This document shows, one piece after another, positions 18,231 to 26,736 of a stretch of DNA of 64,000 nucleotides (position 1 is the stretch's first letter; each line of letters starts with the position of its first letter). The translations under genes were made by a program, and so were the position numbers. The notes under the pieces are model-generated. The model was not told where the DNA came from. It did not search any database and saw only the letters and a list, made by a program, of their open reading frames with translations. This stretch comes from Azonexus sp. (GTDB lineage Bacteria; Pseudomonadota; Gammaproteobacteria; Burkholderiales; Rhodocyclaceae), in assembly GCA_031547725.1 (NCBI GenBank), contig JAVBRT010000032.1, forward strand, positions 10,075-74,074, written 5' to 3'.

Positions 18231-19670
18231 TCAGCGCCGGCCGTAGGTGTCCTCGAAGCGGACGATATCGTCCTCACCGAGATAACTGCCGGACTGCACC
18301 TCGATCATCTCGAGCGGCACGATCCCGGGGTTCTCCAGGCGATGCTTGACGCCGAGCGGGATGTAGGTGGATTGGTTCTCGCTGACCAGGAATATTTCGT
18401 CGCCCTTGGTCACGCGCGCCGTGCCGCTGACCACGATCCAGTGCTCGGCACGGTGGTGATGCATCTGCAACGACAACGCGGCACCCGGCTTGACGCCGAT
18501 GCGCTTGACCTGGAAACGTTCGCCGGCATCGACACCGTCATACCAGCCCCACGGCCGATAGACCTTGCGATGCCACTGAGCCACGGCCCGCCCCTCGCCT
18601 TTCAAGCGATCGACGATCTTCTTCACATCCTGGGTCGCCTCGTGATGAGCGACCAGCACCGCATCGTCGGTTTCGATCACCACCATGTTGTTGAGTCCAA
18701 TGCAAGCAACCAGGCGGCCGCCTGAAACAGCCAGGGTATTGCTGCAACGCTCAAGCAGGACATCGCCGCGCGTGGCATTGCCGTTTTCTCCCTTGGGCAG
18801 GACTTTCCACAGCGCATCCCAGGCACCGACATCCGACCAGCCGGCCGCCAGCGGGATCACCACGCCCCGCGGCAAATTCGCGGCACCACCGACGAGCCGC
18901 TCCATCACCGCATAGTCGATCGAATCGGCAGGGCATTGGGCAAAAGCCGCCGGATCGACGCGGACGAAATCGCCATCTTCGCCACCACTGGCCAGAGATA
19001 CGCGGCAGGCGGCGAGAATGTCTGGCCGGCATGACTCAAGCGCGGTCAACCAGGTCGAGGCACGCAGCACGAAAATACCGCTGTTCCAGAGAAAATCACC
19101 GGCATCGAGATAGGCCTGTGCCGTCGGGCGATCCGGCTTCTCGACGAAGCGCGCCAATTCGAAGGCAGTGTTGTCGCCGGCCAGCGCCTTGCCCTGCTGA
19201 ATGTAACCGTACCCCGTTTCGGGGCAATCGGGCGTAATGCCGAAGGTCACCGCCATGCCCGCCCCGGCCAATGCCGCGGCCTGCGCCACCGCCGCCCGGA
19301 ACAGCGGCTCGTCGCCGATCACATGGTCGGCCGGCATCACCACCAGCACCGGATCGTCGCCCTGCCGCCGCGCCCACAAGGCAGCCAGCGTCAGCGCCGG
19401 CGCCGTATTGCGCCCGACCGGTTCGAGCAGTACCCGCCCTCGTTTGCCGAGCAGGCGCATTTGTTCGGCAACGACGAAACGATGCTCCTCGTTACACACC
19501 AGCAGCGGTTCGGCCAGATCGCCCACACCGTCGAGACGGGCCACGGTGGCCTGCAGCATCGACAGCGGACCGACCAGCGGCAGCAACTGCTTGGGATATT
19601 GCTCACGCGACAGCGGCCACAGGCGGGTACCGGAACCGCCGGACAGGACAACCGGAAGGATCTTGTTCAT
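18231..19670 (-). CDS. manC: Mannose-1-phosphate guanylyltransferase / mannose-6-phosphate isomerase
   Basis: LSGGSGTRLWPLSR..PKQ, EPVGRNTAPA, FVEKP, WSDVGAW; cupin domain RPWG..SLQMHHHRAEHW. Confidence 0.96.
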   Translation of the reverse strand: MNKILPVVLSGGSGTRLWPLSREQYPKQLLPLVGPLSMLQATVARLDGVGDLAEPLLVCNEEHRFVVAEQMRLLGKRGRVLLEPVGRNTAPALTLAALWARRQGDDPVLVVMPADHVIGDEPLFRAAVAQAAALAGAGMAVTFGITPDCPETGYGYIQQGKALAGDNTAFELARFVEKPDRPTAQAYLDAGDFLWNSGIFVLRASTWLTALESCRPDILAACRVSLASGGEDGDFVRVDPAAFAQCPADSIDYAVMERLVGGAANLPRGVVIPLAAGWSDVGAWDALWKVLPKGENGNATRGDVLLERCSNTLAVSGGRLVACIGLNNMVVIETDDAVLVAHHEATQDVKKIVDRLKGEGRAVAQWHRKVYRPWGWYDGVDAGERFQVKRIGVKPGAALSLQMHHHRAEHWIVVSGTARVTKGDEIFLVSENQSTYIPLGVKHRLENPGIVPLEMIEVQSGSYLGEDDIVRFEDTYGRR

Positions 19671-19793
19671 GCTCTAACGAAAAATGATCGGGGGCAAAGC
19701 ATAACCGATAGGCATAGCAGCCCGGCCACCAGTTTCCCCTCCCGGCAACCTCAGTCCGGGAGCGTGACGACCAAGCCGGCACCCGGACCGGAT

Positions 19794-20615
19794 TCAAAGT
19801 TTTTTCAGATATTCCTTGGTAAAGACCCGATCGGGCAAGTCGCGCAACTTCATGTCCCCATATTCGAGCACCGACTTTTCGCCGCCGCGCAACGCATCCT
19901 CCATCACCATCCGGGTCGGCCGGATCCTGCCGGCCATGGTCTTGAAGTCCTCGTAACTGGCCTTCTTCAACAAGCGATTGGAAAGCGAATAAAACTCGGC
20001 CTTGAACGGCCAGAAGCTTTTCTGATTCACCCAGTACACGACCTTCTGGTAAGTCACCGAGCGGTCAACAGCGATCAGTTCGAGAACCGCGTAATTTTCG
20101 CCATTGATCGTCTCGTTGCGCACCACTCTGGGATTGTAGTCACCGGCGAAATTGGCCCGCGCCAAGTCGCCGTTGGCCACCTGACCGGTCAATCGCTGCG
20201 ACAGCGAAATTCGCACCGGCTGTGAAACCTCCGGCATGAACACCCACAGATCACGGCCCCGCATCAGAATGATCTGCCCCCGCTCGGAGGCGGGCTCGGT
20301 AACCATCACCACCGTATTTTCATTGCCTTTGGAGAGCACGCGGAATTTGCGCGACTCGGCTGCCTCGTCGGCTTTACTGGTGGTGATGCTGATATCGACC
20401 TGGAAACCTTCGGCCGGAAACCGAACCTGATCAGCCTTTTCCACTATACTGCGGGCATAGGCCTCATCGGCCGGATCGGGGGCGGTCTGCTGGGCCGATA
20501 CGCCGGTTGCCGCCAAGCCCGTAAACAAGCATGTCCATACCAGGCAACACCAATTACTCAGCGGCTTCGTACGATTGCGTAACATAGGCATCTCCTCGCA
20601 CATGTTCATTGTCAT
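19794..20615 (-). CDS. LolA-like 'outer membrane lipoprotein-sorting' periplasmic protein
   Basis: Sec signal (...GLAATGVSA), EPASERGQIILMRGRDLWVFMP, KAEFYSLSNRLLK, LPDRVFTKEYL. An alternative start is ATG 20585. Confidence 0.8.
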   Translation of the reverse strand: MTMNMCEEMPMLRNRTKPLSNWCCLVWTCLFTGLAATGVSAQQTAPDPADEAYARSIVEKADQVRFPAEGFQVDISITTSKADEAAESRKFRVLSKGNENTVVMVTEPASERGQIILMRGRDLWVFMPEVSQPVRISLSQRLTGQVANGDLARANFAGDYNPRVVRNETINGENYAVLELIAVDRSVTYQKVVYWVNQKSFWPFKAEFYSLSNRLLKKASYEDFKTMAGRIRPTRMVMEDALRGGEKSVLEYGDMKLRDLPDRVFTKEYLKKL

Positions 20616-20636
20616 TCACACCACCTCCCGCCAAAC

Positions 20637-21398
20637 ATGAGCAGCGTCGTCCGAATCGAGCGCGTATTCAAGGATTATCTGCTTGGCGAGCAAACCGTCC
20701 GGGCCCTCAATGATATTACATTGGCCATCGAACCCGGCGTCTTCCTGGCCATCTCCGGACCGTCGGGCAGCGGCAAGACGACCTTGCTCAATCTGATCGG
20801 ATGCATCGACCGCCCCACCAGCGGCAACATTTTCATCAACGAGGAAAACGTCTCGCAAAAATCGGCCAACGAACTGGCCGATCTGCGCGCCCGGTCGATC
20901 GGTTTCATCTTCCAGACCTTCAACCTGCTGCCGGTGCTGTCGGCGGCGGAAAATGTCGAGTACCCGCTGCTCCGGCGCAAGGATCTGACGGTCGCCGACC
21001 GCAAGCGGCGCGTCAACTACTTTCTGGAGATCGTCGGGCTCGGCAAACATGCCAACAATCGACCCAACCAGTTGAGCGGCGGACAGCGCCAGCGTGTCGC
21101 CATCGCCCGCGCCCTGGCTGTCAAGCCGGCCATCGTCCTGGCCGACGAGCCGACGGCCAACCTCGACAAGGCGACTGGCATCGAAATTCTCAAATTGATG
21201 AAGAAAATCAACGAGCATCTCGGCACCACCTTCATTTTCTCAACCCATGACCAGAAGGTCATCGACCATGCCAACCGTCTGATCAAGGTCGAGGACGGCA
21301 CCATCAAGGCCTTCGGCATCCGCCACCCGAAAAGCAACTGGCAGATCGCGCGCGTCCCCAGTCCCTCGGCCCAGATTGCCGCCGGTAGTTCCCAATAA
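20637..21398 (+). CDS. LolD/MacB-type ABC transporter ATP-binding protein
   Basis: GPSGSGKTT, IGFIFQTFNLLP, LSGGQRQRVAIARAL, LADEPTANLD. Confidence 0.93.
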   Translation: MSSVVRIERVFKDYLLGEQTVRALNDITLAIEPGVFLAISGPSGSGKTTLLNLIGCIDRPTSGNIFINEENVSQKSANELADLRARSIGFIFQTFNLLPVLSAAENVEYPLLRRKDLTVADRKRRVNYFLEIVGLGKHANNRPNQLSGGQRQRVAIARALAVKPAIVLADEPTANLDKATGIEILKLMKKINEHLGTTFIFSTHDQKVIDHANRLIKVEDGTIKAFGIRHPKSNWQIARVPSPSAQIAAGSSQ

Positions 21399-21417
21399 CC
21401 CGTTCAGGATCTGCATC

Positions 21418-22773
21418 GTGTTTTCCACTTCCTCTTCGCTCATTCGCCTGACACTCATCGCCTCCGCCTGCCTCAGCCTCTCCGTCCATGCCGCCGACGA
21501 CCGTGCCGCGCTGTTCGGCGACGACCTACCGTTGGCGGACGGCAAGTCCGAAAGCAGCGATTCGTCCTCGGGATCTGGCATCAAGGGCTTCGTCCAGTTC
21601 GAACTGGCCCGCACGACCGGCGACCCCGACCACTGGTCAAAAATGCGCACGCGCGCCGACCTGGGCAGCCAAGGCCGCCTTAGCGACAACGTCAAATGGA
21701 AGCTCGGCGTCCGCGTCGATTACGATGCGGTATACGACATCAACGATTTCTATCCGCAGTCTGTCGACAACGACCAGCGCTCCGCCTTCGATCTGCGCGA
21801 GAACTACCTCGACGTCAGCGCCGGCGGCTGGGATTTCCGCCTCGGCCGACAACATGTCGTTTGGGGCGAAATGGTCGGCCTGTTCTTCGCCGACGTCGTC
21901 TCGGCGCGCGACCTGCGCGAGTTCATCCTGCCGGAATTCGACCAGATGCGGACCCCGCAATGGGCTGCCCGCGCCGAATATTTCGGCGATGACTTTCACG
22001 GTGAACTCCTGTGGATTCCTGTCGCCACTTACGACAACATCGGCAAGCCAGGCGCCGATTTCTATCCGCGCCAACCGCTCCCGCCCGGCGCCACCGCCCG
22101 CTATCTCAGCGAGGATCGCCCGGCCCGCAATCTCGACAACATGAACTACGGCTTGCGCCTGTCCATGCTGAAAAATGGCTGGGACATCTCTGGTTTTTAC
22201 TATCGCAGCACCGATACCACCGCCACTTTCTACCGGGCACCGATCACCGGTCCGCTCGTCACCTACCAGGCACGCCACGACCGCATTCATCAGGCTGGCG
22301 GCACCCTGACCAAGGACTTTGGCGACGTTGTACTGAAAGCCGAAGCGGTCTATACCCGCGGCCGCAGTTTCACATTGCTCAACCTGACCGATGCCGACGG
22401 CGTGGCTCGTCAGAACACACTGGATTGGGCGGCCGGCCTCGATTTCACACTGACGGCGGACACCCGTCTCAACCTGCAGATTTTCCAGCGCCATTTCTTC
22501 GATCACGACTCCGACCTGATGTACGACAAGAGCGAAAATGGCTACAGCATACTGCTCAACAGCAAGCTGTTCTCCAATTGGGAAGCCCAGGCTCTGTTCA
22601 TCGCCAGTACCAACCGTACCGACTGGCTGTTTCGCCCGCGCCTGACCTGGAACTTCGAACGCAACTGGCGCTGGCTGATCGGCGCCGATATTTTCAAGGG
22701 CCCCGAACTGGGCATGTTCGGGCGATACGATCAGCAGGATCGCATTTATTCCGAAATCCGATACAGCTTCTGA
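21418..22773 (+). CDS. Outer-membrane beta-barrel protein (DUF1302-like)
   Basis: Probable GTG start at 21418 with AGGA RBS; signal peptide ending SVHA; LRENYLD..RLGRQHVVWG pattern; amphipathic strands; C-terminal beta-signal EIRYSF. Confidence 0.78.
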   Translation: MFSTSSSLIRLTLIASACLSLSVHAADDRAALFGDDLPLADGKSESSDSSSGSGIKGFVQFELARTTGDPDHWSKMRTRADLGSQGRLSDNVKWKLGVRVDYDAVYDINDFYPQSVDNDQRSAFDLRENYLDVSAGGWDFRLGRQHVVWGEMVGLFFADVVSARDLREFILPEFDQMRTPQWAARAEYFGDDFHGELLWIPVATYDNIGKPGADFYPRQPLPPGATARYLSEDRPARNLDNMNYGLRLSMLKNGWDISGFYYRSTDTTATFYRAPITGPLVTYQARHDRIHQAGGTLTKDFGDVVLKAEAVYTRGRSFTLLNLTDADGVARQNTLDWAAGLDFTLTADTRLNLQIFQRHFFDHDSDLMYDKSENGYSILLNSKLFSNWEAQALFIASTNRTDWLFRPRLTWNFERNWRWLIGADIFKGPELGMFGRYDQQDRIYSEIRYSF

Positions 22774-22779
22774 CGATCA

Positions 22780-22796
22780 TGTCGGTAATTTTTACA
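22780..22796. promoter_or_regulatory. Enhancer-binding-protein site TGT-N11-ACA (PrsR-type PEP-CTERM box)
   Basis: TGT CGGTAATTTTT ACA, centred about 70 nt upstream of the sigma54 -24 element. Confidence 0.7.
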
Positions 22797-22827
22797 GACC
22801 GCCCCTCAAGCTGCGCAGAAGAATAAG

Positions 22828-22840
22828 TAACCCATTGATT
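22828..22840 (-). promoter_or_regulatory. IHF binding site
   Basis: TAACCCATTGATT is an exact reverse-complement match to WATCAA-N4-TTR; it lies between the enhancer and the promoter in an AT-rich tract. Confidence 0.7.
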
Positions 22841-22859
22841 TCAATAAAAACAAATCACA

Positions 22860-22875
22860 TGGCACGAGACATGCT
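22860..22875 (+). promoter_or_regulatory. Sigma-54 (-24/-12) promoter
   Basis: TGGCACG-AGAC-ATGCT, with GG (22861-62) and GC (22873-74) at the canonical spacing, about 50 nt before the PEP-CTERM ATG. Confidence 0.82.
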
Positions 22876-22924
22876 TATATGCAGGCAAGGTGCAGGCATG
22901 CATCGTTCTACGGAGATTTGAAAA

Positions 22925-23866
22925 ATGAAATCGAAACTTCTCATTGCTGCAATGTCCGCCGCCTTAGGTATTGCATCGGTTCCCGCCCATGCAGGCACGG
23001 TTGGTGTTGCTGATCTGATTATCAACAACCTTGTGCTGGTCAACGCCAGCAACGGTCAATTGGTGACAAGCGGCATCACGGTTCTTTCCGATGCACGCAC
23101 TGGAATCGCTGATTCCAATTTTAACGGCACATCGGGAACGGGTGTTGGTGCTGGCAGCATCAGCAGCTTCAACCCGGGGGCGACCGTCGACGTTCAGCAT
23201 CGTTGCGCCGGCCCCGATTGCGGCAGCATCAATGCCATCTACGGCGGCTCAGCCGAAAATAAGCTTGGAACGAACACGCTGGCGGCTGGTCCTCTGGGTA
23301 ATTTTGCAGTGGGCGACATGTTCATTGGTGGATCCGCACTTGGCGCCGCAAGCGGAGCTAATGGCCTGACCCGCGCCAACGTATCGGTTACCGGTGCCAC
23401 CAATGAAGGCGGAAGCAGCTCGACGATTATTAACTCTGCCAGCGCATTGACAGCCACCTTTACTGTCGGCGAGACGATCGACGTTCTGTTCTCGTTGGGA
23501 TACGAAGCCTTCGTCATGGCCTTCGTGGATACGGCACCGGGTATTCATGGACATGCTTCAGCCGGGATTAACTGGGTGATGACGGTTACCTCGTCGGATG
23601 ACCCTAGCTTTGCTGCCTTCTCTTGGCTTCCGGAAGAGCTTAACGTTGGTTACACATCGACCGATGCCTCCGAGAATCAGGAGTACTTTGGTGCGGGCCA
23701 ATTGTTCTCTGATGTTCGGACCCTTACCGCAGGCAAGAAGTACAACCTGACCATCACCCAGGCTTCCAATGCACTGGCTAGCGAGATTCCCGAACCGGCC
23801 TCGCTGGCACTCGTTGGCCTGGGTCTCCTCGGGATCGGTGCACTCCGCCGCCGCCGCGCAGCCTGA
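22925..23866 (+). CDS. PEP-CTERM sorting-domain surface protein (Ser/Thr/Gly-rich; EDSAP-1-like, tentative)
   Basis: GGAG RBS; signal peptide ending PAHA; C-terminus EIPEPASLALVGLGLLGIGALRRRRAA (PEP, TM helix, Arg cluster). Confidence 0.95.
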   Translation: MKSKLLIAAMSAALGIASVPAHAGTVGVADLIINNLVLVNASNGQLVTSGITVLSDARTGIADSNFNGTSGTGVGAGSISSFNPGATVDVQHRCAGPDCGSINAIYGGSAENKLGTNTLAAGPLGNFAVGDMFIGGSALGAASGANGLTRANVSVTGATNEGGSSSTIINSASALTATFTVGETIDVLFSLGYEAFVMAFVDTAPGIHGHASAGINWVMTVTSSDDPSFAAFSWLPEELNVGYTSTDASENQEYFGAGQLFSDVRTLTAGKKYNLTITQASNALASEIPEPASLALVGLGLLGIGALRRRRAA

Positions 23867-23909
23867 TTGCTCAGGACTCGAGCATAATCAGCCCGATCTG
23901 CTAGCATCG

Positions 23910-23940
23910 AAAGCCCACCGCAAGGTGGGCTTTTTCTATT
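23910..23940 (+). terminator. Intrinsic terminator after the PEP-CTERM gene
   Basis: aaagcccacc-gcaa-ggtgggcttt: GCAA tetraloop, with the stem running into a T-tract. Confidence 0.88.
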
Positions 23941-23953
23941 CCAAGAGCCAAAA

Positions 23954-25495
23954 ATGAATCCCAGCCAAACAAACAACGTAACCGGATTCGCACAAACGAT
24001 TTCCGGATACGCAACACCGAGTTGCCGGGAGGATCTCGTTCAGCTCGTTCTCCGCAGCAGAGCCAGCGGGCAAGCACTGTATCCCATCTCGACGGGCCTG
24101 AATTGGGGATATGGCTCAAACTCTCCGGTGGCAGCGGGGGCCGTGATAGTCGATCTGTCACGCATGAATCGCATTCTCAATGCAGATCAAATATCTATCG
24201 ACAATCCGGTTGCCCTCGTTGAACCAGGCGTCACGCAAGCGCAGCTAGCAACATTTCTGGCAAAAAAATGCCCTGATTTGACCTTCAACGTCACGGGCTC
24301 CGGTGGCGACACCAGCATTCTCGGCAATACGCTTGACCGCGGTGTCGGCTACTTCGGTCCACGGAAAGAAGATTTGTTTGGCCTGGAGATTGTCACCGGC
24401 ACCGGAGAGGTGCTGCGCACCGGCTTCCGGCGCCTGGGCGATGACTCCCCTTTGGCCCAATGCCACCCTTACGGTCTGGGACCGATACTTGATGGCCTGT
24501 TTTTTCAGGGAAATTTCGGTATTGTGACCAGTGCCTGTTTTCGCCTCATCCCCCGCCGCCCCAAAGAAGTAGCTGTATCAATGGCTTTGCGGAACACCAA
24601 GCATCTTGCATCATTCATTGATGAACTGGCTCGGCTAAAGCGCGACGGTCTGCTGACCTCCGTTACCCATATCGGCAACAAGGCACGCACTCAATCGACA
24701 CTGGCCTACGGCGTCACCCACTACCTTGAGGAAAAGTGTGGATATAGCCAGGAAAAAGCCCTCTCCGAAGCTGACCGGGCCATTGCTCTGATCGCCCCTG
24801 ACGAATGGGCAAGCCTGGCCGCCATCACCGGCAATAGCGGGCAGGTACGCGCCGCCATTCGTGAAATACGCCAGCGAATCGGTCGCATCGCCCGCGTCAT
24901 GGTCATTACCGACACCTTGCTCGATATTGGCTATGCCGTTACGCACGCGCTTCGTTTCATTCCCTTCGCCCGAGCCAATGCAGCCGCCATTCATTCGATC
25001 CGGCCACTGCACGCGCTGGCGCTCGGCATTCCGACAAATGCCCCGGTTGAAAATCTGCTATGGAAATTTGGTCGGACGGACCTGCCCGCCAAGGCACTCG
25101 ACGAATCTCCCTGCGGCCTGTTATTCGTAAACCCTGCACTGCCTTCGAATGGCCAGGCGGTCGTTACCGTTGTCGAGGAACTGCAAGTCGTTGCAGAAAA
25201 GCATGGTCACAAACTGTACATGACCCTCAACATCGAAACCTCGACCTCCATGGTGGCGGTTATCAATCTGCTGTTCGATCGCTCAAATCAGGAAGAAATC
25301 GACCGTGCCCACCGCTGCGCGGACGATATGCTGGCATGCATCCGCCGCCATGGGTTGGAACCCTATCGGGCACGCGTCGACATGATGAAGGACGTGGTCG
25401 ATGATAACGAATACTGGCGCACGATCCGACGCCTGAAAGACATATTCGATCCAGATAACATCATTGCTCCGGGCAGGTACAATCTTCCGACCTGA
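23954..25495 (+). CDS. FAD-binding oxidoreductase, VAO/PCMH (4-phenol oxidase) family
   Basis: YPISTGLNWGYGS, VDLSRMNRI, VEPGVTQ, GNFGIVT, EPYRA and C-terminal LKDIFDPDNIIAPGRY. Confidence 0.88.
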   Translation: MNPSQTNNVTGFAQTISGYATPSCREDLVQLVLRSRASGQALYPISTGLNWGYGSNSPVAAGAVIVDLSRMNRILNADQISIDNPVALVEPGVTQAQLATFLAKKCPDLTFNVTGSGGDTSILGNTLDRGVGYFGPRKEDLFGLEIVTGTGEVLRTGFRRLGDDSPLAQCHPYGLGPILDGLFFQGNFGIVTSACFRLIPRRPKEVAVSMALRNTKHLASFIDELARLKRDGLLTSVTHIGNKARTQSTLAYGVTHYLEEKCGYSQEKALSEADRAIALIAPDEWASLAAITGNSGQVRAAIREIRQRIGRIARVMVITDTLLDIGYAVTHALRFIPFARANAAAIHSIRPLHALALGIPTNAPVENLLWKFGRTDLPAKALDESPCGLLFVNPALPSNGQAVVTVVEELQVVAEKHGHKLYMTLNIETSTSMVAVINLLFDRSNQEEIDRAHRCADDMLACIRRHGLEPYRARVDMMKDVVDDNEYWRTIRRLKDIFDPDNIIAPGRYNLPT

Positions 25496-25512
25496 TTGTT
25501 TTCGGCACCCTC

Positions 25513-26736
25513 ATGCTTTCGATCTCACTGCAGCTGGCCCTGCGCAACTTGACCCGTAACCGCAACCGGACGCTGGTCGCTGTGGTGACGGTGGCCGGCG
25601 GCGTGATCGCTTTCGTACTGGCCGGTGGTTTCATCAACTGGATTTTCGACGATATGCGCGAGGCGACCATCCATTCCCAGTTGGGACATATCCAGATCAT
25701 TCGGCCCGGCTATTTCGACAAAGGCATTGCCAATCCCTACGCCTTTCTGTTGCCCGCCCAATCGCCCGAGGAGGAACAATTGCGGGCGAGCCCCGGTGTC
25801 GCCACGGTCACGCCACGCCTAGCTTTCAGTGGCCTCGCCAGTTTCGCCGATGTGACCGTTGGATTCTCCGGCGAGGGCATCAATCCAGCACTTGAACAAC
25901 CGATCAGTACCCGGATAACGATCAAGGATGGGCGCAATCTGCAAAGGCTTGATGAAAATGCAGCCATCCTCGGCGAAGGTCTTGCCAGAACCCTTGGCGC
26001 CAAACCCGGCGACTCCATCGTTCTGCTTGCCACCGCAGCCAACGGCAGCGCCAATGCCATCGAAGTCACAGTCGCCGGAACCTTCTTCACCATTTACAAG
26101 GACTACGACGACACGGCCCTGCGTCTGCCAATCCCGCTTGCCCGCAAGCTGATGCGAATTGATGGTGCAACCACATGGGTAGCTCTTCTGGAAAAAACCG
26201 AGACAACGACAGCCACTGTAAAAATGCTACGCAGCAAACTGGCACCCGAGCACTTTCAAATCGTGCCATGGACGGAACTGGCCGATTTCTACAACAAGGT
26301 TGTCGTGCTGTTTTCCAAGCAGATTGACGTAGTCAAGATCATCATCGGCCTGATCATCATCCTCACCATTTCAAATACCCAGACCATGAGCGTGCTTGAA
26401 CGCACTACCGAAATCGGCACCAGCCTGGCGATCGGCCTGCGCAGCAGCGAAATACTGCGCCTGTTCCTGCTCGAAGGCGCGTTGATCGGTGTCAGCGGCG
26501 GAATACTCGGCGTTGTCCTGGGTTACCTGCTGGCCACCGCCATTTCAGCAATTGGCATCCCCATGCCCCCACCCCCCGGCATGGCGCGTGGCTACTCAGG
26601 CCAGATACTAATCAGTACGCGGCTGGTAATCGATGCCCTGGTCCTTTCTCTGACCACCACCTTGATCGCCAGCCTCATGCCCGCCTGGAAGGCCAGTCGC
26701 ATGAACATCGTTGATGCCCTGCGTTGCAACCAGTAG
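25513..26736 (+). CDS. FtsX/LolC-type ABC permease
   Basis: LALRNLTRNRNRT, one TM, large periplasmic domain, ERTTEIGTSLAIG, 3 TMs, PAWKASRMNIVDALR. Confidence 0.9.
   Translation: MLSISLQLALRNLTRNRNRTLVAVVTVAGGVIAFVLAGGFINWIFDDMREATIHSQLGHIQIIRPGYFDKGIANPYAFLLPAQSPEEEQLRASPGVATVTPRLAFSGLASFADVTVGFSGEGINPALEQPISTRITIKDGRNLQRLDENAAILGEGLARTLGAKPGDSIVLLATAANGSANAIEVTVAGTFFTIYKDYDDTALRLPIPLARKLMRIDGATTWVALLEKTETTTATVKMLRSKLAPEHFQIVPWTELADFYNKVVVLFSKQIDVVKIIIGLIIILTISNTQTMSVLERTTEIGTSLAIGLRSSEILRLFLLEGALIGVSGGILGVVLGYLLATAISAIGIPMPPPPGMARGYSGQILISTRLVIDALVLSLTTTLIASLMPAWKASRMNIVDALRCNQ

Noticed and set aside
23954-25495. p-cresol catabolism (pchF)
   Set aside because: No cytochrome c subunit, aldehyde dehydrogenase or ring-cleavage genes adjacent; the gene is embedded in an envelope export locus.
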